DNA of 64,000 nucleotides from Lobosporangium transversale (Eukaryota): NCBI RefSeq assembly GCF_002105155.1, contig NW_019029008.1, positions 186,001 to 250,000 of the forward strand, read 5' to 3'. Shown piece by piece: positions 14,858 to 31,658 of this stretch (position 1 is its first letter; each line of letters starts with the position of its first letter). The notes under the pieces were generated by a model. It saw only the letters and a program-made list of their open reading frames with translations, ran no database searches and was not told where the DNA came from. The position numbers and the translations under genes were made by a program.

Positions 14858-16809
14858 GAAAGTAAGAAAATGGGACCTCCTGAAGATTCCTCCTTTGGTT
14901 CCTGGCCTGGACTAATTTCCTGCTTCTCATTTCCAATCCATCCAATCATGTTCTGGCTCTCCAAAAAGTACATTGCTGTCTTGATTTTTTCGTTCTTAAC
15001 GTGCAGTGCATTGCATGCTTGTCTATCTCTCTCTTTTTCTCTTTTTTAGACGGGTCGTCGTTTTGGCTCGTCCTGTCTATCTGTCGTGAGATTATCGCGC
15101 AATTGGTTATCTCCCTATTGGTTATCGCACCATTGACTCTTTTCTATGCTCTCTTCTCCTTAGTTTTACCTGTTTTATTCTGCTTGTTTACAAGTATTTC
15201 TCCATGTTATACAGACACAAGATATATATACACATATACAATTACATACACAATCCGTTGATGATGTAAATAAACCCCTTCCCTTCCGCAAACAGTCTGC
15301 GATCCGAAAGAACATTATACGACAAATGTGGTGAAGAGTGATGTACCAATCTCTTTCTTCTCTTCATTTTCTCTCATCCTTTCTTTCTCTCCCTTCTTCC
15401 CAAGTTTCTTTTTTTTTTTTTTATTTTTTTTTATTTTTTTTTTTTAAAATAACGTTCATTCTTATTTGAGTTCGTCAATGATGCATTCTTTTTTCTTTCT
15501 TTCTTTTTTTTTTTTTATCACTTTCCATGATCATTGTCGCACAACAAGTTCGTCGCCCGAATCTTTTATTTTTTATACGTATAAACATATATTCCGACAC
15601 CTCTTCAATGTCTCGATACTACATTTATATATATATATATATATATACATGCATTATGACCATTATTTGTTTACTTTTCTTTTTCTTTTTTTTTTTTTTT
15701 TTTTTGCTGTTAATGATGAACCCAAGTAAATATATAACTATTTATTTATGAATAACAGAAAAGTGAGCCCCCAATGTATATAATATAAAACACATATATT
15801 TTTACGTGAAGTATACAGATATATAAAATAGATGGGCAATTAAACAGGCGACAACGTGGCAATTAAGTCGGACAATCAAAAATACAAAACATAAAAAATG
15901 CCATGTGGGAATTAAACTTTTTTTATTCCCACTATTCTGTCAGAACAATCTTTTATCCTTTTTGGAAATAAATGTAAAATATATATATTTATATATATCT
16001 ATACAAATATATTATTATACATGTCATTTATACTGTATATATCATATATATATCAACAAATCCGGCTTAATTATTGCCACTAAAATCCTCAGTCGACCTC
16101 AACAACAATCCTATCTTTCTAATACATACATATACATGTATTGATAATAATGTGGAATGCAATAGACCTTCTTATACAGTAGGCTTATATATGTCTTTGG
16201 TGTAAATATATACTCTTGATAATGTATCTTCTTTTTCTTTTTCTCCTCTCATTAAAACAGCCCAATGCGTGCATGATTCCAATATTCTATTCTATGCATC
16301 CCTGAGACTCTCTTTCTTTTTCTTTTTCTTTTTCTTTATTTCTTTACAAAACATAACAATAACAATAACAATAACAGCAACAAACAACACCAACAAAAAT
16401 GCCTAGAGTCCTGATCTGGAGAAAAGGTGGGTTCGGTTGAAAGAGGTTTGCATGTGTGTGATCGAGAGAATTGGTTAAGGTTCAGTGAGCTCCTTTTCAC
16501 CCACATTACCCATATTTCGGTTAAAACTAATCAAACAAAGCAGCCCAAAAAAGACGCGTTAATCAAACTCTTTCTTCTTCTTCTTAATCCGAACGAATCA
16601 TTCTCGCACCGTCTTGTTCCTTCTCAAATCCATTCATGTATATCACATATATACGTACAGGACACACTGTGGATAAACAAAGAGCCATGTTATGCTTCTT
16701 CGATTTAATGCATAAAGCATAAGAAAATAACAATAAAGATGAAATAAAATAAAATTATCGCTGTTCTAAGGAAATAAAGAGAAAAAAGAGCTAATAACGA
16801 CTAGGTAGA

Positions 16810-20351
<3,542 letters not shown>

Positions 20352-20632
20352 GTCTACGTTAGTCTTGTGTTGAGGTATCCACTTGTTCCTTTTTTTTTCT
20401 TCTTCTTCTTCTTTGGCGATAAGATGAAGCGAAGGATGTGTGAGTGGGTGAATGGAATGGATGGTCAGTCAAACATACAAGGGCAATTGGCCTTTACACA
20501 TTTATTCAAATTCTATCTGTATTTCTGATTCCAGATGACGTATTAGAATTTTTAATATCGGTCATAATATCTCTCAAGAGCTACTGCGCCCAAGCAGCAC
20601 AAACCTAGCACAGCACAAACAACGCGAACCTG

Positions 20633-20665
<33 letters not shown>

Positions 20666-21846
20666 ACAGCCTTGATCTTTTTGTCCTTGTGTAAAAAAAA
20701 AAATATATATCCACCATCATCCGCATGCATAACAGGCTTCTTCTCTCTTCCCATTGCCACTCCCATTTCCATTCTCAGGGAACCTTCTGCATCACCTCTA
20801 AAGACACACTCAATACCACGAACACTTGACGAAAAGCGGCCATGTACTTTAATTGCGTCTCTACCTCTGCATTCTCCCCATTACTATTAGCGTCTATATA
20901 GTCAAGGCCAATTTCTATTTCCATAGTCGAGCTTCTATATCTCTATATCTTAAAGATCTTAAAGACCAATAATCAACACCTGCGACAACAAGCAACACCG
21001 ATGCTAAGACTACACTAGATTCTTCTCTTGTCATTGTTTGGGCTTAATGAAAGAGACCTTACCCTGAATTAGCAACACTGAACCCCATTTTCCCTGGATC
21101 GGCTCGACTTGTTGGTTGCAATTTGAAAGGATAGGAACTAAAGGTTAAAGAAATTGATTAAAGGAGATAAAATGGTTACGAAAAGAAAGGTATGATGCAG
21201 AAACTGTTTGATCAGTGATGCCACTCATGATTTAGTCGCTACTGATTTCCGTCTTTAGTATTGCTTTCCATGAGCTTGATTAATTATCCACGTCTGCAGT
21301 GTGTGAGGTGGCGTTGGGAACCCTTTGTATTTAAAGGCCTCATTTTTTTCCTCTCTTTTTCATTCTTTCTTTTTTACCCCTGTATCCAACAACAAACCCA
21401 CTCACCACCTTTACTTCCCCCCTACCAGCCTTGAGTCCCTCCATTAGACTTAGTGGCATTGGTATTCCCATGAACAGATCCAGGAGTACTCTAAAGGCTG
21501 CTTTACATAAAGGGCGGTATAAAACCCTTCTATATCCCCTTAGATGATAAAAAGGACCAAGAGCCATAAATTCCCACTCGAAACCTCCTTCGACAGAACT
21601 ATGCAAAAACGCTGAGGCAAGGTCCCTATAAAACGCTTACGCTCCCAATCACTTTGGATGCCGTTGTAGAATTCCTTGGCATGCCCATAGAACTTCGACC
21701 TTTGCGACGCTTCAAACACCTGAATAGTCTTCTAAGCGGGCGCGCCTGGACTCCTTTTATTATACTCTAACAAGTTTATCAACAGTCGTGGCACACAACT
21801 TGTGGTTCTCTGCATATCCTCATAAGGCACAGAGTCGAGGTTGGGA

Positions 21847-22720
21847 TCATACTCCAACAGCTTCTTGAAAACATTGTCCGACAAGGGGGCCCACAAATTC
21901 CACTGTTGTGTTATCTTGCCTATAGCTTGCTTCCATATAGTCCATTCCGAACTTTACGTGCGCTATGCCCATGAGGACCAAATAAGATCCAACTTTGCCA
22001 TCAGACCAACTGGCAAGGTCTCCAAGAGAGCGTAACCATTTACATTGTTCTGTCAATGGGGGATTGCATTCGAAGAGCCTGCCATGTTCATCGACAAGCG
22101 TAAGGGTCCTACGCCCCTGCGGTCCCTGCATGAGAATGCTCTTAAACATTGTTTCAGCAGCTGCACCCCAACACTCAAGACGGGCATCAGCAAGCCTTTT
22201 CGAATCCCTGGAAGTCAAAATATCACCATTGAGTATGCTAGGAAACGTTCAATCAACTCTGACTCAGTTTCTTTCTCGGGCCTAAGCAGCTCTCCTGCAT
22301 CTGCAATACAGAGAGTAAGCCATCCTTCAGCATTATCCTTCGAGCCAAGACCATATTTGTCCATCCTTCTTATTATTTTATTTTTTTTTTATTTTTTTTT
22401 ATTTTTTTTTTATTTTTTTTTATTTTTTTTTTATTTTTTTTTATTTTTTTTTTTATTTTTTTTTATTTTTTTTTATTTTTTTTTTTATTTTTTTTTTTTG
22501 TTACGTACTCTCCAGGCTCACTATCAAGAAGATGCAGATCCACTTGGTAGCAGAGCAGATTTTAGTTTTATTTCAGCCGTGGCTATCCAGGATGTCCTCC
22601 ATCCGATTTCATGATTCCGGATCGTCGGAAGTTGTGGCAGAGATATCGAACTGAAGGACCACGATAGCCTCGTTAAAGAGTTAGCTGATATGGCATATGT
22701 AAGCTTCAAAGGTCTCAAGG
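21847..22720 (-). pseudogene. Crinkler/RHS-like NTPase relic (fungal family with AEGW..L.IADA and VDEHG.LFE motifs)
   Basis: Fragments NAEGWLTLCIADAGELL...LIERFLA/LNGDILT and LTLVDEHGRLFE...W...GIAHVKF...FVGPL, broken by frameshifts, stops and an A/T-rich microsatellite. Family assignment is from recalled motifs. Confidence 0.55.
22373..22499. repeat. (T9-10A)n low-complexity tandem array within the pseudogene
   Basis: About 11-12 units of ttttttttttta. Confidence 0.9.
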
Positions 22721-22762
22721 ACGTACTCTTTGCAAACATATATAGAATATAGATAGTGTAAT

Positions 22763-22884
22763 TGAAATATGCCAGGATCATAATAAGTAACGAGAACGAA
22801 AGAAAGATCTTTTTATTATGATCCAGGGATCTTCGTTAAATAAAAAGGGTAAAAATCAGTTCTATATAAAAATGGCTGCTAATC
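22763..22884. repeat. Dispersed repeat, copy 1 (about 120 nt; copy 2 at 53939-54059)
   Basis: Exact shared blocks agaacgaaagaaagat (16 nt) and gatcttcgttaaataaaaag (20 nt), plus tgaaata..ccagga and ctgctaatc, collinear. Confidence 0.85.
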
Positions 22885-23317
22885 GCACCAAGCAGCAACA
22901 GCCGTGCATAAGCGTAATGACCGCTGGGTGAGCATACCATCAGTCCTATTCCCGGCAGACTCAAGTTCTATAGGCTCTACGAGCGTTGACGAGCGCTCAA
23001 GTGTGTCTATGACTACCAAAAGGCTTTCCACAATGAATTCTTGGATCCACAGAATATTCCAATTAGTGGATACTGAAATAATAAAAACTTTACATAACTC
23101 TTAATGATCACTAGGGGCATGTCTTTTTTGGCGAACATTTTTGCTCATCGATATTTAGTGTCATGTGATATTTATTGGAATTAAGCAAATTAAAAACGCA
23201 GATCAAAGGAGTGATTTAATGGTTTTTTTGCAATGGAACGATATGTCTGTTCCACAAAGACACGGACCCAAAAAAAACCTTTTCATTCCTTCAAAAAAAA
23301 AAAAAAAAAAAAAAAGA

Positions 23318-23657
23318 ATGTCATTGACATCAACTTCCATTACTACTATACTGCACTACCTTGAACCGCAATTAGAAACTCTCGAGACTGGCTTTCCGAG
23401 CTCAACACGTCCAAACGAGCCAGCTCTTACTAAAGATCAGAAGCGACAAAAAATTGAAGCAACCTTGGCTAAAGACCCAGGCATTTTTCTCACAAAATGG
23501 GGATCTGTCATCCTCTATCCTCGACCAGCAGATGGCAACACTGAGAACAACGGGTCATCCACCCAAACTGAATCAGCCATGTCGGCCAAAGATATCTTGG
23601 ATTTATTTATCCCACTGACAGGTAATGCAGGATCAGCTATGGATTGTGATAAAAAAA

Positions 23658-23705
<48 letters not shown>

Positions 23706-25400
23706 TGCTTCTCACCAATCTTGTCTGTATATTTTATTCCGTTCCATTTCTCTTCGTTTTCTTCCTAATCACCAGAGAACTACGAAGTCAAGTATCAACT
23801 TACAAAATTGTATCAACAACTTCAGCAATTGTCAGAGCACGCAGCTTTTGAAGCTTCTAGAAAAAGAACCTCACCCACAATTACGACCGCTTCCACTTCT
23901 CTGCCTAATACTTGTACTACAATCACTTCAAATGATGACATGGATATTGAGCAACCACAAGAGCCTGGATTTCATCCTCAGCCTCAACCTGCACAGAACG
24001 ATCTGTTTACACGATCGACCGTCTCTCAAAGTACGCGGCGAAACAGACGACTCAATTATCTTCTCCGTCATCTCGCACCTCCCGATCCAAGCGAACCCTT
24101 GACTGCAAAGCATGCTACAAGTCATAGTAGCGCCTATGGCATCGATACAAGCAGTAGGAACTATAACATTGATAGTTCATCCAAAGGAACGATAAATCAA
24201 CATCATCCAACCTTGGCCAGTATTCTATCCATCTCTGGATCCTTATCAAATCTCAGCTTCTCCGACTCCACATACTTCTCAGATGCAGAAATGGCAGCGA
24301 GGGAACCAGAGTTGTACCGGCAGTATATTGGAAGATTTATGGATATGGATGACGACGATAATGATGCTGATCAAGACGATATTGAAGACCAAATTGAGGT
24401 GGAAGTTATTACTGATGGCGAAGAGTATAAGGACCGATCATCATCCAAACCGAGGCTCAAACGATCGAGAGACGGGCCAAAGCCGTTTGGTAAGGATGTT
24501 AGACTGGTGGATAGGATCCTTTGGAGCGTTGATCATCCAACAGGAGGAGAGCTCAAATTTGAGCAAGAGCAGCAAAGGGAGGCTAATCGAAATGACCATC
24601 AATCAAGGATTATTCAATCACAAAGGCAAGGGAATCAAAGCAATTCAGAAAGTGAATTTGAAGAAGAGTTTGACACAGAGAGCGAAGATGAGGAGGATGC
24701 AGATGCAAATGTAGATGTAGATTTGAGGAAGGGGCCTCTCAAAAATGTCATTAGCGACGATGATGAGATTGCTGAAAAAATCAGTAATACACCGCCTTTG
24801 CCTCCAGAACCGATCCCAGGGTTTGTGTCCTCAACCTTTGCTTCTGCAGCAATGACACTTGACCCACCTCAGGAACGAGCTCTGTTCGCACAAGTAGAGA
24901 ATGGTGAGGATCTCCTTGAGGAATCTGACAAAGACAATGACAATGAAGATAAGGAGGATAGTTATAATATGGAGGAGCTAGACCCAAAGTTCGTTAGTCA
25001 AAAAGAGTATCAAGAAGCATTACGGCAAGAGTTTGTGTTGTTGATGAAACAACGGTTTTTGGACGGACTCGATAAAAGCTTTGACTATTCCTTGGTGGAT
25101 TTTGATGAGGGCTTGGATGATCTTGAACAAGAGAGCCATGATCAAGAAGATCAGTATTTCGACGCAGAAGATGATGATGAAGAAGAAAAAGAACAAGAAG
25201 ACCTCGTTGATGATATGGATGGTAATGACAATGACAATGACAATGACAATGACAATGACAATGACGGGAAAAAGATTGGAAAAAGTAGAAAAAAACCCGT
25301 CCGCACAGGACCTGGTACTTTATCGTGGAGAACGCTTGATGAACGGGTCAAAGCATGGGAAAGCGGCGATCAGAATGGGTCTGGAGACTATGACTATTAG
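23318..25400 (+). CDS. CCDC97: Coiled-coil domain-containing protein 97 (DUF2052)-like
   Basis: Exon 1 23318-23621, intron 23622-23775, exon 2 to TAG at 25400. Motifs KDPGIFLTKWG, RNRRLNYL, YFSDAEMAAREPELYRQYIG, EFVLLMKQRFLDGLDKSFDYSLVD...QEDQYFD, terminal DY. Confidence 0.88.
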
Positions 25401-25994
25401 AAAGTACAACAATAAATTAAATTAAATTAAACTGTATAAAAAACATTTTAATGTGGCGGACAGATCAAAACTGACCAGAACAAATGGGCCTTTTCTTTTT
25501 CTTTCTTCTCTGTTTACTCACTCGCGCAATATTTCACCCACACATTGATTCCTCATCCTTTTTCTCATCTCTTTACTCACACAATGGTCAAAGTGATCTT
25601 TATTTGCATCTGAAGCCTTCTAGTCAGATAGAATACGATGCCATAGTTCGAACAAGTGCCAGATTTGTTTTGTCTCTGGAGGGCCTTTGATGACACCAAC
25701 GGGTTAAACGTGGTAAAGGTCACCGAAGTCAAGATCTCTGGTAGTGGTAGTGAGACGAAGCGTGCCTTGCGGAAATCAGCTTCATAAGTCGCTAAGAGAA
25801 ATCTCTTGTCGGTGTCACCCTTATTGTTGATGATGTTGTTACTAGTTATTACAGTGGACAGTGGCAAGGCACCACTCACGATGTTCATCAGGTATAGTGA
25901 TGTTTCTGAAGCCAAATGGGCGAAAAGTCCTATATTAGGCTTTCATACGCAGTATATAAGCAATATATGACTTACTTCTTATATAGCTCTAACC

Positions 25995-26029
<35 letters not shown>

Positions 26030-26085
26030 ACTATTATTCTAGCTAACTCCCTATATCATACTTAATAATAAATATCGAATGTAGA

Positions 26086-26550
26086 ATGGCGCTTTCCGAC
26101 ATTGTCAATACAGTCCAGGTTACCTTATCTGGAGTCAACCTCGTGAAAATTGCGAAGGAAGAGCGTCTTCACCCTCGCCTGTTCAAGCCGATTGATGAAG
26201 CTCAAGCGCTGCAACATTTGTTACTATATTCAACAGGGAAAGAGGAGGATATACCCAATCTGGAAGCTCGAGATTTGAAGTATTAAATCCTCTAGCTGAG
26301 ATTGTAAAATCTCGAAGGCAGGACAGTCTGTGGCATTTATGTTACATGATTTATCCACCCACTATCAAAACGTAGTCGATATGATAATTAAAGAGATGAG
26401 CGTTTCTCACTGACCATCTGTACATACAATCATACAGTCCAATCGGCGCTCCTAAAAAGAATGCGCTGGAGATGCTTGACTGAACAACTCTCTCCTACCA
26501 TAGGCAGTGTTTCTAGGAATCTTCTCGAAGGAAACCAGTTGAAAGCCCTT
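26086..26550 (+). pseudogene. Probable Crinkler-like NTPase fragment (Walker B-like IDEAQ)
   Basis: Short ORF ending LFKPIDEAQALQH, followed by broken PKKNALEML-like sequence resembling the relic at 60.1-61.9 kb. Confidence 0.35.
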
Positions 26551-28398
26551 ATGTGAGTGTCTACATGTTCACCTTTGCTTTATTTTGCAGCTTTAGAACG
26601 CACATACTTTAAAGAGACACTCAGCCTCAGGTTTTGGTACTCAGAATAAGAGCAAATAAGAAATTGCTGCCCAATATTTTATTTCAAAGCAAGTAAATGT
26701 AACCTGTTCCCAAGATGACGGCCATGTCAAAATATGTTGACAGTGGCAAGGACTTGGCCTCATTTGATACTTTTAAACGGTGAAGCCCTACTATTTTTGA
26801 TCGCATAATCCCTATTGCGTATTCTTCTTCACTTTATTCGCACTGTACTTCACTTTGGCTAAATATATTAAATCTATCTTCAGCCATGCTCACCAAGTAA
26901 ACTCCTCTTCTATAAATATGATATAGCTATATACCTGTTAGCTACCTTATCAGTCTATGCGTTATTTATTAGAAGGTTTGGGATGCAAAGCATAATGATT
27001 CCCGAACACTTTTCAAGAAGATTTTCGGTACAACAACTAAAAAAAATAGTTGGACGAAAAGTGGAAATATACACTGAATCGAAGTTGGACAAGTGAATCG
27101 AGACTACCACCAATGAACTTAAGATAAGTAGCGTAACCAAAGCTGCCGTAAAGAATATCCACCAGAATCAGCGAGCCTGTTTTACAAAAGTGCGGTCCAA
27201 GGGCGTGGGTATCTCTCAGAGTTACCCATTGATATTGGGACGACGGGGGGAACAAAGCTATTTATACCATGGTCTCCTTGGTGTAGGAGCTGCCACACTG
27301 AAGGTGTGATTCATAACAAGTGCCGCACCCCGGATATGGGCCTTTCTGCAAGGCGACCCTCTCTCCACCCTAATTTCACTACATGGTAAGCGATGTATAT
27401 ATTGTTGTTTAACTACGCTCATATGTACATTGTGCTTTAGGACCACATGTGCCGCCGCTATAGTATCCGAGTTTGACAGCAATTGCCGAGTGTTGCTGGA
27501 GAAGGGCCTGAGGACTTTCAGAACGGTGGTGGTGTTGACAATGATGATAATATCACTCCCTCGCAAAACTCCGTTACTCCAAGAACCGTTTTTTACACTT
27601 CGAAAAAAAAAAGGAAAGCGCTGTATGGTGAAGAGAAGAAGACTGATGCCCCTTTCCTATGACAGATCAAAAGTATGCAAAAAAGCATTGGCTGGACATC
27701 CCATCCATTCTTATTATCGCCATTCTCGCAAACCAGGACCAAATATATTTCTTATTTTAAAACGATTGAATTAGCTTTGTGGTTTTTTTTTTCTGTATTA
27801 GCCGACTCGCCATAAGCAAGCTGATTGGCTTCTATACCTTTGGGATGGACTCGAAAAATATAGGGGATGCATGCATTCGAAGTTACTCAAAAAATGTGTA
27901 TAGGACTATACCACTGAAAATGTTACATTGGTCTACTACGGACTTTTACCAGCATGCACATTGACCCTTATTGCGGGCCGTGCACGCCATCCCCTTTTTT
28001 TTTTACATTCATGCTGCAATTTGTGATTCAGCAAATTGCTGTGATTGACAGACGCGTATAGATGATCTAAAGAAAAAAACATGCTGGGATCTCAAAACCA
28101 TGGGAAAAAAAAAAAAAAAAAAAAAAATGAACAAACGAAAACATTAAAATAGCTTCCTTTTACCATTTTTTTTTTTTTTTTTTTTTTTTCTTCAGACATC
28201 TCGTCTACACACATCCACTTCTCAAAGCCATTTAGAATACAACTCTTTTCACAAGCATCAACTTTTCAGGCATGTGCTTTCAACTTTCAGTCATTACATA
28301 GTTTATTTACCCTCTATTGCTGAATAATTAACTAGATTTCTTAAGCATTTGAGTGTTGACCTTTCCGCGTTTTTATTTTTTGTCTCTTTCCTCCAGCT

Positions 28399-28956
28399 AT
28401 GGTTCGATCAATCGCTCTCTTGGGCACCCTCCTTGCTTTATTGCAAGTGGCTCTTGCTGCTTTCCTTGGAGATGGATTATATCGCATCAAACAAGACAAT
28501 GATGCGATTAGCGCAGATGAAACAAACGAGGAATCGCCTGCTCTCTTGTTCCCCGATAGGGGTTACTCAGAACAAGTTTGGCACATCAAACACGTTGACG
28601 ATGTCCATGTCACCATTTCGAGTGCAACAACTGGTCGTTTCCTCGGAGTCGAAAGGGCTCGCTACAATGCCTTTATTCTCGCTGGCTGGGAAGAGCAGCA
28701 ATGGAAGCTCACGAAGAGTGGGGAAAAAGAAGGTCACTACAATATTGTCTACCCCGAGCAGGTTGGTGGCGAAGATCTCTCTATCGGTATCTCGCCCTAC
28801 CGAATCTTTCCTCCTCGTATTGCTCTGCAAAAAGCTCATGGATCTTCAAGTCACACAACTCATTGGAAGCTTGAGAAGGATGATGGCTTTGGATCCTGCG
28901 GCTCTGAGAGGAAGATCCCCCGCTTCCGCTCCCAGTTGAAATGGTCATGGGACTAA
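28399..28956 (+). CDS. Secreted beta-trefoil (ricin-B/QxW-like) protein, paralogue 1
   Basis: Signal peptide MVRSIALLGTLLALLQVALA, then DGLYRI, EQVW, QQWKL, HWKL repeats and RIFPPRIAL. Intronless CDS with a predicted 5'-UTR intron at 28270-28396. Confidence 0.75.
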   Translation: MVRSIALLGTLLALLQVALAAFLGDGLYRIKQDNDAISADETNEESPALLFPDRGYSEQVWHIKHVDDVHVTISSATTGRFLGVERARYNAFILAGWEEQQWKLTKSGEKEGHYNIVYPEQVGGEDLSIGISPYRIFPPRIALQKAHGSSSHTTHWKLEKDDGFGSCGSERKIPRFRSQLKWSWD

Positions 28957-31178
28957 TGACTGGACTTGAGTTCCCTTCGTTAAAATAGTATTTTAGCAAT
29001 AAAAGTCCGTAACTGGTTTTTTTTTGTCTCTCTCTTAGCAGCTTTCTAAATCTTATCTCATTGCTCCTTTTTCCCTCCAATGCTCCTATTCTCCTTATCT
29101 GTGTGCTTGATTTCAATGGATCAATGCTTTTCTCATTCGTGTTGTTCATTGCTTTTAACCCGAGTGCTTCAAAAGGTCAAGTACGATCAAATATAGCCTA
29201 CAACTGCGATGGCATGCTCCTTTGTATAGCTGACCAAATTGAATAGATTTTTTTCTTCATCCCACTTGAGATCTGTCATTCACTATCATTGCTTTTCTGT
29301 GTAAAAGCCTCGATTGAAAGCACCAATATTTGTGCGCATAATTTAAAACAATACCTCATACAAGAGCACGGGCCAATCTTTGTTATGCGTTGATTGGTGG
29401 GATCTTTGAAGAACGTCCTGTCTTGCATTTATTCAAACGCTTCTGCTCCTTTGATTGGAACTCATTTTACTGAAACTGAGCGTTTTTCAACTGACCAAGG
29501 CTGGTGCATCAGTTCTTTATGGAGAAATTTAGGTTCGTTTTATGGCAATATGACCGGAATATCGATCAAATACACTATCATTTAGGAAAGTAGTATAATA
29601 GCGAGTCATTATGGCAACATATCATAGCGAGAGAGTATTGTAGACGTGAATGGGCATAATTTTACAGCCTTCACGCAGCTGCTAGAGTTAAAAGCAATCT
29701 TAAGCAGGAAAAAAAAAAAAAAAAAAAAAAAATTCAAGAGGGTGAATGAAGAACTGGTTCAAATGGATGACTCGCATAATTTAGCAAACAACCATGTGTC
29801 TCAGCCAGTAGCTCGTACTTTTTGGTTGCTTATATGCCTTGGTAGGCTTCAAACTCGGCGGGGGAGTGATTGGTAGGAAACAATTTCATTCACCAATAAT
29901 GCAGTGGCAACTTTTTTTTTTTTTTTTTTTTATTTTTTTTTTTTAAATTTTAGTACTGTTGCGCTGCTGAGGAAGATCCAACTTGGTGACAGTACCAATT
30001 GGCTACTACTCCAGCTAGAGTCAAAGCAGATAACCTCGTTCTCGCTTATTCCTATTAGTGTGCCAAGGAGGCGAAAGACTTTGGACAGGTGTGAGCTGCC
30101 ATAAGAAGGCGTCGAGAGGAGCAACTCCAGCGCTCATGGCTCAATACGAGATGAGGGGCTTTAAGGAAGAAGACACCAGCCCGAAGTTGCTCGTTTGAAA
30201 ACCCTCTGGATAAATAGCGCGATATGAGCCTCTATTAGCAGCCTAGTCCAGCGCTTCTTGCATCAGCCTAGAAATGTAAATGCTTGGTAGCCACCTCACT
30301 TGGCATCCAAAATGACGGAGGGCATCTGGACTTGAGGTGGTAACTATGCCTTGCTATGGCTCAGATGCGCTAGGTTAGTTTAAGATAGGGGTAATCTTCT
30401 AGTGACATTTAAGAGCAATTAGCATAGGATATAGAGCGCTGATCAGGTTCGTTTCGTGTATTAAGCTTTCATGCACTACGGTGCCTTATAGCTGTTACTT
30501 CATTATAATGCCGCGTAATCTAGACGGGAATTGCTTTCAGGACGTTGAAGGGAGATCAATTCTCACATTATTAATTCAACACACATTGAAAATAAATAAA
30601 TAAGTAAAAATTTAAAAATAATAATGGAAAGATAGGATCCTCGTCAGAAAGCCGTCGATAAATGAATAAAAAATAAACTTGCTGGTTATCAGAGATGGAG
30701 AGTATCTTATCCAATTAAGAGCCTTGGTATCCATGGACGACTTTCTGGCAAGGAGAAATCCTTTCATGCATGCTCACTTGCCCTAATAACGGATAGTGCG
30801 CTATTTTAATTTTGCCACGACCAGAACAATTCTGAACGTGATGAACAAAAAAAAAAAAAAGGGACAAGACGAGGACCCTTTATTTTCCCCCACACTCCTC
30901 CTCCCTTCTCTTTAGAAGCATATTTTCATGGATTAAATAGATTCCTTTTTTTTTTTTTTTTTTTTTTTTTCAGACATCTCTCGTCTACTCGTCTACTCGT
31001 CTACAATCCATTCACTAATAAAAGCCTCCTGTTTTCAAAGTACCAATACTTCAGGTATGTGCTTTTGGCTTTCAGGCGTTGCATGGTCTCCTTGTTCTTT
31101 TGCTACCGTTCAATGAACTATGAGCCTTGGGCAGTGGGATATTGACTTTATGCCACTCGATATTTATTTTCTCCAGTA

Positions 31179-31658
31179 ATGGCTCGCTTGACCGTCCTCT
31201 TAAGTACTTTCTTCGCCTTGTTACAGGTGGCTCTTTCTGCTGTTATTAGTGACGGACGATACCGCATCCTTCAGCAAGATCAGCAAATTAGCGCGGGTAA
31301 AAAAGTAGTGAATTTCCCTGTCTTCCTATATCCCGAAAATAAAGACTTGGAACAAGTCTGGCACATTCGGTCCATTGATGAGGACCACATAACCATTACA
31401 AGCTCAGTGCCTAGCAATTACCTTATAGTACATTCCTTGTCTACTGGGGTTGTGGTCATTGATCGGAAGCAGCAGAAATGGAGGCTCCAAAAGAGTGAAA
31501 AACAAGGTTTCTACAACATTCTCCTACCTGAAGGTCTCACAGAGGACGTTGCTATTGGGATCTTGCCAGACACACCCGAGCCACATATTCTTGCTCTACA
31601 GCCCATTTACGGGCCCGGAAACGATACAATCCATTGGGAATTTCAGCAAGTTGAGTAG
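31179..31658 (+). CDS. Secreted beta-trefoil (ricin-B/QxW-like) protein, paralogue 2 (C-terminally shortened)
   Basis: Signal peptide MARLTVLLSTFFALLQVALS, then DGRYRI, EQVWHI, QKWRL, HWEF, collinear with paralogue 1. 5'-UTR intron 31055-31176. Confidence 0.75.
   Translation: MARLTVLLSTFFALLQVALSAVISDGRYRILQQDQQISAGKKVVNFPVFLYPENKDLEQVWHIRSIDEDHITITSSVPSNYLIVHSLSTGVVVIDRKQQKWRLQKSEKQGFYNILLPEGLTEDVAIGILPDTPEPHILALQPIYGPGNDTIHWEFQQVE

Noticed and set aside
27258..27566. ORF containing PCRKAHIR, a faint Zn2Cys6 resemblance
   Set aside because: The other cysteines are missing and the match is too short to support.
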